Virus record (IMG/VR): IMGVR_UViG_3300037454_000542 | Span: 27,095-91,094 of that record | DNA: 64,000 nt | From: a virus | Lineage: Duplodnaviria; Caudoviricetes | Direction: 5' to 3' (one strand) | Part shown: piece after piece, positions 48,706 to 57,105 of the stretch | How the letters are laid out: each line of letters begins with the position of its first letter | Numbering within the stretch: the first letter of the stretch is position 1 | Position numbers and translations under genes: made by a program | Notes under the pieces: model-generated | Database searches by the model: none | What the model saw: the letters and a program-made list of their open reading frames with translations, nothing else | Told to the model about the DNA's origin: nothing

Positions 48706-49257
48706 ATGTATACACCCATCAATGCAAAAGTACATATTGCAAACTCCAACGATCCTGAAAAGAACGAGTGGCTTAGCCTTCCCATCGACGAAGACGAGCT
48801 TAACGAAGCCCTCGAGCGTCTCGGAATTTATTCCGACGAAGACGACGACGAGTATGAAGCAATTATAAACGGTGGAGAACCTAAACCCAGCTATATCATC
48901 CTTCAGTGGAACGATGACGAGGATCTGCTCGAAGAGCATTTGGCTCACAACGAAGACATTTTTCACGTCAGCGAGATTGTCGAACAGATCGAAGCTCTTG
49001 ACAACTATGACCGCGAAAAGATGATGGCGCTCATCGAAGACGGCGAAGATCTCGACGACGCCGCGGAACTTGCCACGGATGGAGATATTGAATTTTACTC
49101 CAACACCAACCTGCAGGATTTAGCAGAAGAGTTTGCCGGCGAAGAAATGTTCAGTCATGAATATTTGCTTCAGCATGTTGACTGGGCGAGTGTCGCAAGA
49201 GACCTTGAATACGATGGCTACACGGAAGTCAACGGCGGCGTTCTGGTCAGAAGGTGA
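48706..49257 (+). CDS. ardA: ArdA-family antirestriction protein (acidic DNA mimic)
   Basis: EWLSLPIDEDELNEALERLGI N-terminus, VDWASVARDLEYDGY C-terminus; highly acidic. Confidence 0.75.
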   Translation: MYTPINAKVHIANSNDPEKNEWLSLPIDEDELNEALERLGIYSDEDDDEYEAIINGGEPKPSYIILQWNDDEDLLEEHLAHNEDIFHVSEIVEQIEALDNYDREKMMALIEDGEDLDDAAELATDGDIEFYSNTNLQDLAEEFAGEEMFSHEYLLQHVDWASVARDLEYDGYTEVNGGVLVRR

Positions 49258-49703
49258 TTGGTATGGCGAGCGGCGAGCTTACATTTATCCAGAAGAAAAT
49301 AGACGATAAGCACAAGGACGTGCTGTGGTATGGCGGTAGAATCGCGGAATATCACTATAAAGGATACACGTTTATCCTTGGCGCGTACGGAGATGTGTAT
49401 GCAACTCTTCTCGAGTACGACTACGAGACAGAGGTTGCGTCCGTAAGAGACAAGCGGAACAACGGGTGCTTTTACGACGAAATGGAATCTTTCATACTTG
49501 ATGATTGGGATCTCCGTTTCTTGGAAGATACGGGTAGGCTCGTCCTCGAAAACAACAACTGGTTTGAGATTCTCGTAGATGGGCCGGACGGCACACAATA
49601 CGATACCGGATGGGTGACTGCTTCGGACGACTACGACGAGGCGGTTGAGGAAATGTTGAAAAACGCAGACGATTTTATTAACGAGGTGGTCAACAAAAAG
49701 TAA
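49254..49703 (+). CDS. Acidic hypothetical protein
   Basis: 149 aa coupled to ardA; ENNNWFE motif. Confidence 0.65.
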   Translation: MIGMASGELTFIQKKIDDKHKDVLWYGGRIAEYHYKGYTFILGAYGDVYATLLEYDYETEVASVRDKRNNGCFYDEMESFILDDWDLRFLEDTGRLVLENNNWFEILVDGPDGTQYDTGWVTASDDYDEAVEEMLKNADDFINEVVNKK

Positions 49704-49740
49704 ACGCAGAACTATACGAAAGTTGTAAAAAATAACAAAA

Positions 49741-50083
49741 ATGCAATCGTTATTTATATCAAATTACTGTTTGATATAGCTTTCGGCAATGTCGGAAGTA
49801 TCGAAATGTCAGAGCGAGCGAGCACCTGGAGCCTGTCCGGGCAAACCAGAGTCGTCTCCAGTATGTGTCGTACGAACGGTCATCGTCCCCACCAACGAAC
49901 CTCATCAGTATCTAAAGTGTAGACGAACTGTGCTAACACCGCCAACATCGCGACAACAGAGAAATCGAAAGCCAAACTCGCCACACAAACACTGGCGATC
50001 CAGGCATCAAAGAATACGAAATCTCCATCTCTGGACCCGAGCTGCCGGGCACGCGTCGCAGCAAACGCACTTGTGGATTGCAT
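49741..50083 (+). ncRNA. Retron-like ncRNA, copy 4
   Basis: Terminal IR ATGCAATC/GATTGCAT; GTTAT; TATATCAAA..TTTGATATA; GCTTTCGGC-AAT-GTCGGAAGT; ATCGAAATGTCAGAGCGAG. Confidence 0.8.
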
Positions 50084-50102
50084 CAACTCTCAGGAGGCAC
50101 AT

Positions 50103-50342
50103 ATGTATTTAACAAACAAAGATTTAGAGCTTTTGATTCGCATAGAAAACAAGCTTGGAAGCGAGACTGGCTGGGATGGCCAGTATGTACACGAATTATG
50201 GCAGTTGAATGAAAAACTGATAAATCAGAGGAATAAAGATCGCGCGAAGGTTCGCGCTTTGATCGCCAAAGGAAGAGCCGTAGACAAAAATTACGGCAGA
50301 GGAAAAGGAGGCAAGCATGGCAGTAGTGACAATGGATGTTGA
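50103..50342 (+). CDS. Small hypothetical protein
   Basis: MYLTNKDL..., RBS AGGAGG. Confidence 0.6.
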   Translation: MYLTNKDLELLIRIENKLGSETGWDGQYVHELWQLNEKLINQRNKDRAKVRALIAKGRAVDKNYGRGKGGKHGSSDNGC

Positions 50343-50736
50343 ACGTTGCGGATGCAACGGATGGTATTCCGACGGCAAGCGCGATTTTAAGCGCGTTTCC
50401 CGCTGGATAAAAGTAAAAAATCACCCAAATCCCACACCGAGAAACAGTCTGTGGTATTACGCTACGGACGGTTATGGCCATAACCCATTTAGCAAAGAGT
50501 TCGACCCATCTGAGGGATTGTATCTCGACTACTTCACTTTCGACGGGCGCAATTATGCTATCGAGCAATTTTGGGCTCTTGGAAATCCGTTTTACTCGGC
50601 TCTTACGCTGAGCTACGAAGACAAGAAAGGGAATCGCTGCTTTTTGTCCGGAGTCGATTCAGAGCCGTTGTACGATCCGCTGTACATCGAAATAAGTGAC
50701 GGAGGCGAGTATGTAAGAGTATATAAAGAAGCGTAA
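50317..50736 (+). CDS. Hypothetical protein
   Basis: 139 aa, RBS AAGGAGG. Confidence 0.65.
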   Translation: MAVVTMDVERCGCNGWYSDGKRDFKRVSRWIKVKNHPNPTPRNSLWYYATDGYGHNPFSKEFDPSEGLYLDYFTFDGRNYAIEQFWALGNPFYSALTLSYEDKKGNRCFLSGVDSEPLYDPLYIEISDGGEYVRVYKEA

Positions 50737-50739
50737 AAA

Positions 50740-51078
50740 ATGTGGTTGTTATTGCCTTAATGGCGCTTTTTCTGACAGAAAAAGTACAAAAATGATAGAA
50801 CGAGAGATCACCGGCGGACATGCACGATGGCCGTACGGTACCGGAGCGACACGAGTGAGTGGCCCGCTAAACAGCCGAACGAAGGTAAAGTTCCTGTGGA
50901 ATGTCACTTATAGTCAGCAAAACACGAAGAAGTTAATTGGCAAATCAACTCCAATCACACGCTCAAACGGTCACGATCCGACTATCAACCCAATCCTTGA
51001 GTAAGCAAGCTGTAAACGAGCATCGCCGACGGCGTCGACGCAGGGTTCTGATCTTGCATACACACATGTGAACCACAT
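50740..51078 (+). ncRNA. Retron-like ncRNA, copy 5
   Basis: Terminal IR ATGTGGTT/AACCACAT; GTTAT; GCC-TTAAT-GGC; GCTTTTTCTG..CAGAAAAAGT; ACAAAAATGATAGAACGAG. Confidence 0.8.
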
Positions 51079-51102
51079 AACAAACAATACGGAGATGATT
51101 AA

Positions 51103-51444
51103 ATGAAGGCGTTGAAAGTTCAAGTAAGGAAAACACCAGAAGTAGTAGACATTGACACCTCACTCAAAACAATGCAGTCCGCGGTTGGCGGGCTTATCGA
51201 GATTTGGTGTCCCTATCCCGACCCTGTAGTAATAATATGTAACGAGGAAGGCAAGCTCATTCCTCTTGAAGCGAACAGATATGTGTATGATGAGTTTGAC
51301 GACACCATTGATTGCATATTTGGAGACTTTCTTATCGTCGGCGTCAACCAAGACGACGGAAGTGAAGAAGATTATTGCGATTTGACCGACGCACAAATCG
51401 AAAAGTTCAAAAGGATTTTCAGTAGGGAGGAATGTTATGCTTAA
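51103..51444 (+). CDS. DUF3846-like protein
   Basis: LKTMQSAVGGLIE, ICNEEGKL...NR, IFGDFLIVG motifs. Confidence 0.7.
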   Translation: MKALKVQVRKTPEVVDIDTSLKTMQSAVGGLIEIWCPYPDPVVIICNEEGKLIPLEANRYVYDEFDDTIDCIFGDFLIVGVNQDDGSEEDYCDLTDAQIEKFKRIFSREECYA

Positions 51445-52678
51445 TAAGAACGGCGAGCGTGAACTCGCCTACCTCGTTCAAGTTGACAGCATTACACCGA
51501 TGAATGCAGATCGTCTTGAGTGCGCTCATATAGGCGGGTGGCATTGCGTCGTCGGGAAGGGCGATTTTGCGCCCGGCGATCCTGCTGTATATTTTGAAGT
51601 CGATGCGCAGTTGCCGGATGAAGAACCATTTGCCAGCATTGATTTTTTAAGGTCAAAGAACTTCAAAATCAAAACGCAGAAGATTCGTGGCGAATATTCT
51701 CAGGGGCTTTTAGTCCCGGTGAGCGCGTTCGGCTGGACATACGATCAGATTTGGGAGCCCGGACAGCCAGACACGCGTCTCGGAATTGACGACGGTAAGA
51801 CAATCCGGTTTTTGAATGACGAATCTCGGTTCCTTACAAAGGAATTGAATGTGACTTATGCAGACCCGGAAGATAATAAGCGGAAAGCACCATCGTACGA
51901 TCCGGACAAAGCAACGATGAACATACATAAAAAGTTCTTCAGGCGGCGCTTCGTCAAGTGGCTTATGAAAAATAAGCTAATGCGCAAGATTCTGCTGTGG
52001 TTTTTCAGAGGTAAGGCGCCGAAAAAAGCAGAATGGCCGGCGTGGGTTAAGAAGACGGACGAAGAACGCATACAGAATTGTCCGGAAATCCTAAATCTCA
52101 ACGGGGTGAAATGGATAGCTACCGAAAAAATAGACGGAACATCTACGACATTCACACTCAGATTTTTCAAAGGAAAACCACGCTTTATTGTGTGTTCAAG
52201 AAATGTTGCGTTTAGCGATGGAGACAACAATGTATATACAAGCATGGCCCGCAAGTACGACATTGAATCAGTCATGAAAGATATGTTCGAGGATTTGCGC
52301 AAGGAAACCAACGAGCTTGAGTTCATCACGATCCAAGCGGAGACATTTGGCCCTGGTGTTCAGCGAAGAACATATAGCCAAGACGAGCCGCAAATGGCGG
52401 TGTTCAACCTGATTTATGGATATAAGGACGGTCACACAATCAGGCTGAACCCAATCCGCATGACTATGATTCTCGGCGGCGTGTACGAAATCCCGACTGT
52501 TCCGGTGCTTGGGTATGTCGATTTGCCGAAAACCTGCGAAGAAGTACTGGCGATGGCTGCCGCAGAACCATCCAAGATCGACGGCGGTATGCGCGAAGGA
52601 ATTGTGTTCCGCTCTGACGACGGGGTTCACTCTTTCAAGGCCGTAAACAACGATTATTTGCTGAAATATCATTCATAA
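51437..52678 (+). CDS. RNA ligase (Rnl2/DRB0094-like)
   Basis: N-terminal ADRLE..IGGW..VV..G.F..GD..VYFEVD; motif I TEKIDGTS; REGIVFR; FKAVN. Confidence 0.85.
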   Translation: MLNKNGERELAYLVQVDSITPMNADRLECAHIGGWHCVVGKGDFAPGDPAVYFEVDAQLPDEEPFASIDFLRSKNFKIKTQKIRGEYSQGLLVPVSAFGWTYDQIWEPGQPDTRLGIDDGKTIRFLNDESRFLTKELNVTYADPEDNKRKAPSYDPDKATMNIHKKFFRRRFVKWLMKNKLMRKILLWFFRGKAPKKAEWPAWVKKTDEERIQNCPEILNLNGVKWIATEKIDGTSTTFTLRFFKGKPRFIVCSRNVAFSDGDNNVYTSMARKYDIESVMKDMFEDLRKETNELEFITIQAETFGPGVQRRTYSQDEPQMAVFNLIYGYKDGHTIRLNPIRMTMILGGVYEIPTVPVLGYVDLPKTCEEVLAMAAAEPSKIDGGMREGIVFRSDDGVHSFKAVNNDYLLKYHS

Positions 52679-52691
52679 AGGAGATGCTAAC

Positions 52692-53765
52692 ATGCCGAAT
52701 CATGTACAAAACAGATTAACGTTCGATTGTTCTGAAGAGCGTGCGCTGGACATAATGTGCCAGATAATGTACTCCGACGACAGCAAAGAGGAGACTACCG
52801 GCTTGGGGACATTCGATTTCAATAAAATCATTCCGATGCCAAAAGAACTTGACATTGAATGTGGTACTTCGACAGATAACGCAATATCTGTGTATCTCAC
52901 AGCGGTCAACCCAAAAACTCCGGACTATTGCTTCGAGAAATTGAGCAAAGAGGAGTTTGCCAATCTGGTGCGAGATTTGAATGGTGAGCGCGTGTATTCA
53001 ACATATAATACGGCCATAGATAAAAAAGACCTCCAGAAGTATCTTGGCACGGATTCATTTGACAAAGTTTCGCACTTTGGCGAAAAGATTGTCGAAGCGT
53101 TCAAAAAGTATGGCTCGACAAATTGGTACCACTGGTGCGTTAAAAACTGGGGTACAAAGTGGAACTCATATGATGGCGGCAAAGAGGGCGACAACTTAAT
53201 CTACTTCAATACAGCGTGGAGTCCTCCGACTCCAGTAATAGAAGCGCTGGCACGCAAATACAAAGACGTTCATATCATTCACGAATGGGCTGACGAGGAC
53301 ATAGGCAATAACTGCGGGTCGAAAGAATACGTCGACGGGGAGCTGTTTGCCGTAAACGACTACACGAATATGAGCCATAAAGAGCTGGTAGATTTCGCCC
53401 TCGGAGTTTGGGGCGACACGCCGGAAAGCTACGGTTTCGTGCTTAACAAGTCCGGGACAGGCTATATCAATATGGATTGCGAAGATTACGAAGTCGTCGA
53501 GGTGCTCGGACAGCGCGCGCTGTTTACGAACGACCGCCTCTCGGACGACGACATTCCGGAGGGCATGTATGTATATCATTTGAGACACGATGACGAAGGC
53601 AACTTTGTAACCATAGAACCCAAGGTCATTGTTAATCATGCAGGAAGTATACTGACCGCAAAGCCAATTGATTTCGGCGACAAGGACTACATCGCTTTTG
53701 ACGAGGATAGTTCGCCGAACTTCAAAGGTACGAGCGAGACATTCTACGAATTTTTAGGAGGATGA
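52692..53765 (+). CDS. DUF1281/ferredoxin-like protein with C-terminal LPD28-like domain
   Basis: MPNHV, FDFNKIIPMP, WYHWCVKNWGTKWN, FNTAWSPP; C-terminal ALFTNDR...YHLRHDD...VIVNHAG. Confidence 0.65.
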   Translation: MPNHVQNRLTFDCSEERALDIMCQIMYSDDSKEETTGLGTFDFNKIIPMPKELDIECGTSTDNAISVYLTAVNPKTPDYCFEKLSKEEFANLVRDLNGERVYSTYNTAIDKKDLQKYLGTDSFDKVSHFGEKIVEAFKKYGSTNWYHWCVKNWGTKWNSYDGGKEGDNLIYFNTAWSPPTPVIEALARKYKDVHIIHEWADEDIGNNCGSKEYVDGELFAVNDYTNMSHKELVDFALGVWGDTPESYGFVLNKSGTGYINMDCEDYEVVEVLGQRALFTNDRLSDDDIPEGMYVYHLRHDDEGNFVTIEPKVIVNHAGSILTAKPIDFGDKDYIAFDEDSSPNFKGTSETFYEFLGG

Positions 53766-53772
53766 ATGACAG

Positions 53773-54006
53773 ATGGATGAGTATTACGAGAGCTTGAAAC
53801 GTAGGAATCTAATATTTACGATGCACAACATCGATCCGAAGCAGCCGTATTTGGCTGCAGATCCGGCGAAAAACTACAAAATCCTTGAGATGCCCGACGG
53901 CCCGAGCTATTGGAGCCATAAATCAGGACGATACAGAGACGCAAACGAGCAAGAAGAATACATAGCGTCTGGATGTGTTGACAGAGAACTGCCGCCCAAA
54001 AAATAA
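53773..54006 (+). CDS. Small hypothetical protein
   Basis: 77 aa, RBS AGGAGG. Confidence 0.5.
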   Translation: MDEYYESLKRRNLIFTMHNIDPKQPYLAADPAKNYKILEMPDGPSYWSHKSGRYRDANEQEEYIASGCVDRELPPKK

Positions 54007-54019
54007 GGAGAGTGATGCA

Positions 54020-54253
54020 ATGAACGAGGCAAGGCGCAAAGAACTAAGAGAAATCATGCACAACATGGAAGAAGCGAACCGCGCATTAGGAAATGTGATT
54101 GCGGACGAAGAAGAAGCCCTCGACGCCATTCCGGAGAACTTACAAGGTACCGACAGATACCAAAACTCGGAAGAGGCTGTTGATCTAATGTCTGACGCGC
54201 AATCGTCAATCGAAGATGCGATAGAAGCGATCGACGACGTTTTATCCCTATAA
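54020..54253 (+). CDS. Small acidic coiled-coil protein
   Basis: MNEARRKEL...EEEALDAIPENLQGTDRY, a common phage family; RBS AAGGAG. Confidence 0.65.
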   Translation: MNEARRKELREIMHNMEEANRALGNVIADEEEALDAIPENLQGTDRYQNSEEAVDLMSDAQSSIEDAIEAIDDVLSL

Positions 54254-54275
54254 CCACATAGGATGGAGGGTTTTT

Positions 54276-54620
54276 ATGTTACATCGTGGTGAGATTTACT
54301 TGATTGACCTGAGCAATCAGGTTGGGTCAGAACAAAGCGGTGTGCGGCCTGCCATCATAGTCCAGAACGAAATAGGCAATATGTATTCACCAACGACTAT
54401 CATTGTTCCTTTGACTTCAAAGACAAAAAGCATGGCAGCTACACATGTCGCATTGACACCAGAAGATGCTGGGGTATTGAAGGACAGCACTGCATTGTGC
54501 GAACAGGTCAGGGTGATTGATAAGACCAGGATTCAAAAGAAACTTGGCGAAGTAAAAAATATCAAAAAGATCGAAGACATTAACAAAAAAATAATGATTT
54601 CATTCGGAATCGGGGTGTGA
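54276..54620 (+). CDS. mazF: PemK/MazF-family endoribonuclease
   Basis: RGEIYLIDL..VGSEQSGVRPAIIVQNEIGN.YSPTTIIVPLTS...LCEQVRVIDKTRI. Confidence 0.9.
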   Translation: MLHRGEIYLIDLSNQVGSEQSGVRPAIIVQNEIGNMYSPTTIIVPLTSKTKSMAATHVALTPEDAGVLKDSTALCEQVRVIDKTRIQKKLGEVKNIKKIEDINKKIMISFGIGV

Positions 54621-54624
54621 TCGT

Positions 54625-54813
54625 ATGGAGAGACTTACAAAAGTAGTTCAGAAAGATGGGAAAGAATGCGTTACTTGCATTTACAATGGCACTGATAAGT
54701 GCCGCATACATAACTTTGGTAACACATACGGCTGTATGAATTGCCCGGTAATGGGTGCTATTCTCAACAAACTGAACGCAATTGAAGAAATCCTAGAAGA
54801 AAATGACAAATAA
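54625..54813 (+). CDS. Small Cys-rich protein
   Basis: 62 aa with C..C...C...CxxC. Confidence 0.55.
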   Translation: MERLTKVVQKDGKECVTCIYNGTDKCRIHNFGNTYGCMNCPVMGAILNKLNAIEEILEENDK

Positions 54814-54821
54814 TAACTAAA

Positions 54822-55808
54822 ATGGAGGTGGTTGTAATGCCGGAAGTAGCAAGTGTGCAAGTAGAAGTAAGTCCAGAGATATATCTTATGCAGATTAAGA
54901 AGCTGCAAGAGCGAGTCAACGAACTCGAATCTCAAAATCGTTCCCTCGGCGCTCAGGCGAGAATGGGCCAGGATCTCATAGGTCAGTTGCTCACAAGCAA
55001 AAGCAATATGGCAGACACCCAACCACCTAAGCAGAAAAAAGAGAAGCGTAAGCCCCGGGACGAAACTTATTCAGAATATAAGTCCGACGGAAAACTCAAG
55101 GCCCACGCCGCGGATTCAATCAGGTCGTACAGCGATTTCAAAGCAATACAGGATTATTTCCTAGCAAAGGGAAGAGTGCGCGATTGGATGATGTGGACGG
55201 TTGGTGTTAGTCTCGGACTGCGGGTCTCGGACCTGTTGTCGCTCAAGTGGCGCAACGTTATTGAAGATGACAAAGTAACTATCAGGAAACGGATAGAAAT
55301 ATACGAGAAAAAAACTGGCAAATTGAACAATTTGCTCATCACAGAGGCTGTAAAAAAAGCAATTTCTCGATATTTGGTATCTATAAACTACACGTTTGAC
55401 CTTGATGGATATTTGTTCGCCAGCAGGAAAACTGGCGGCAAGATGTATGAGGAACACGGCTGGAGAATATTATCCAGAGCCGGACGGGAGCTTGGATTGC
55501 CCATCGTGGTTGGGTCGCACACGATGAGGAAATCGTTCGCAAATATAGCGGCCTGCGTAGATAGATCGACGGTTGATATGAACTCAATCACAAAGGTTCA
55601 AGGGCTGCTCAACCACAGCGATCAGAAGGTAACAATGAGGTACCTGGGCACGTATCAGGAAATGTTTGACCGGGCACGCGTCGCTGTTAGCGACTTTGTT
55701 CTCGGCAAGACGGGAATCGACAGGATCATCGCCGGCAGTCAGCACACCGTCGATGACATTATGGATAGGCTCGAGGCGCTTGAAAATGCGCTCGCGGCTC
55801 AGAGGTGA
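54822..55808 (+). CDS. Tyrosine recombinase-family protein
   Basis: LGLRVSDLL, EKKTGK, HTMRKSF, LNHS, TMRYLG. Confidence 0.85.
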   Translation: MEVVVMPEVASVQVEVSPEIYLMQIKKLQERVNELESQNRSLGAQARMGQDLIGQLLTSKSNMADTQPPKQKKEKRKPRDETYSEYKSDGKLKAHAADSIRSYSDFKAIQDYFLAKGRVRDWMMWTVGVSLGLRVSDLLSLKWRNVIEDDKVTIRKRIEIYEKKTGKLNNLLITEAVKKAISRYLVSINYTFDLDGYLFASRKTGGKMYEEHGWRILSRAGRELGLPIVVGSHTMRKSFANIAACVDRSTVDMNSITKVQGLLNHSDQKVTMRYLGTYQEMFDRARVAVSDFVLGKTGIDRIIAGSQHTVDDIMDRLEALENALAAQR

Positions 55809-56185
55809 TTGTAACGATAGAGGCAAACGGCAGACAGAACCATTCTGGCGTCAACATCAAAGTGCTCGGCGATTTCCCACAGAGAGCGTCCGGAAGAAAT
55901 AAGAGATTCAAGTTCTTCTTTTGGAATGATGTGATTTATAGCCCACTTTTGAGCCTTGGTTTCTGCTCTGCCGCGAACCGAATAAGGTGAAGAAGCGTCG
56001 TAAAAAGACATAGTAACGCAATGACCGATCTCGTGCGCAAGCACGCCGGTGTTATGGTTTTTAATTCCGACAACGCAAGAGCCGTCAGACAGCATTGCAG
56101 AAACGCCATCGCGGGAGAGGGACGGGCAGTCAATGATTTCGATATGATCGCGTTCGGCGAGATTGTACAAGTCAATCGCGGTCAT
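55799..56185 (-). CDS. ImmA/IrrE-family metallopeptidase (anti-repressor)
   Basis: LAHEIGH and E..A..WA motifs; downstream of an XRE repressor. Confidence 0.85.
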   Translation of the reverse strand: MTAIDLYNLAERDHIEIIDCPSLSRDGVSAMLSDGSCVVGIKNHNTGVLAHEIGHCVTMSFYDASSPYSVRGRAETKAQKWAINHIIPKEELESLISSGRSLWEIAEHFDVDARMVLSAVCLYRYNHL

Positions 56186-56549
56186 TCTTAGAGTCCCTTC
56201 TCTGCTTGATGTAATCGGCGAATTTTCTTATGTCTTCCAAATCTTCCGGCGTAACTACAGAAGAATCCCCAAATAAGGCAAACGCAAGAATGTCGTCTGG
56301 GGACTGTGCGTTCAACGCCTCGTCATCATCAAGATCGAGCAAGTCAGAAACAGACACGCCGAGGGCATCAGCGTAAAGGCGAATCTTGCTCTGCGCAATA
56401 TCTGAATGACCGCTCTCGATCTTATTGATTGTAGATTTTGAAGTAGGAGAGTTGTACCCGACAGCTCTGGCGAGTTCTTCTTGAGTCATTCCTCTCTTGA
56501 TTCGCAGCTCGCGAATACGCTTTCCTATCTTATCGTTTGAAATAATCAT
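56172..56549 (-). CDS. XRE-family (ImmR/CI-like) repressor
   Basis: IGKRIRELRIKRGMTQEELA...STINKIESG HTH. Confidence 0.9.
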   Translation of the reverse strand: MIISNDKIGKRIRELRIKRGMTQEELARAVGYNSPTSKSTINKIESGHSDIAQSKIRLYADALGVSVSDLLDLDDDEALNAQSPDDILAFALFGDSSVVTPEDLEDIRKFADYIKQRRDSKNDRD

Positions 56550-56571
56550 CGCAACGCCTCCTTGGCGGTAG

Positions 56572-56683
56572 CATTATATAGCAAAGTTGAATAAAAGTCA
56601 ACAATAGAATTTTTTTCAACAAAGTGGTTGACAAGCGTTCAACAAAGTGGTATCATCCAATCAGAAGTTGAATTACTTTCAAC
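56572..56683. promoter_or_regulatory. Divergent promoters with three GTTGA-N7-TCAAC operators
   Basis: Operators at 56586, 56627, 56667; rightward TTGACA-17-TATCAT; leftward TTGACT-17-TATAAT. Confidence 0.8.
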
Positions 56684-56694
56684 CGTAGCATAAG

Positions 56695-57054
56695 ATGGAG
56701 GGACAGAAAAAGATGGCGTGTTTTATGAGCAGTTGCTACGATCCAATGTATTTAACAGAACGCTTGAAACGAGACGAAAGCGGGGTGCTTATCGTTGATC
56801 GTTCCGGTGTTGATTGCTTTGCGAAATTCATAGTAACGTTAAACGTGGACTACAAATGGGACTATTCGACAGACCCGTTTTCCACCTCAGTTTATTTTGA
56901 GTATAACAAAGGTGTTGTGTATGGTGGCGTATATGACGAGCGCCGGCACATAGCGCTTAACCGCATTGCGATAGCATCAACAACAACCAAAACTCCATAC
57001 ATATATCAAGTGCAAGACATAAGAACATTGAAAGACAGGTTAAAAAATAGTTGA
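56695..57054 (+). CDS. Hypothetical protein
   Basis: 119 aa, first gene downstream of the repressed promoter. Confidence 0.55.
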   Translation: MEGQKKMACFMSSCYDPMYLTERLKRDESGVLIVDRSGVDCFAKFIVTLNVDYKWDYSTDPFSTSVYFEYNKGVVYGGVYDERRHIALNRIAIASTTTKTPYIYQVQDIRTLKDRLKNS

Positions 57055-57105
57055 CCGTTGTCTATCGATGTGTTATAATGTCGGAAAGCAAGGGAGGCTT
57101 TTGAG

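Noticed and set aside
47834-51004. Track ORFs overlapping the ncRNA cassettes (47834, 47994, 48209, 49789, 49880, 50792 etc.)
   Set aside because: They lack RBSs and recognisable motifs, are not conserved between copies, and are better explained as chance ORFs in structured RNA.
46305-51078. Repeated ncRNA cassettes as CRISPR-like repeats or MITE/IS ends
   Set aside because: Terminal inverted repeats differ between copies, there are no target-site duplications or transposase, and conservation is structural and internal.
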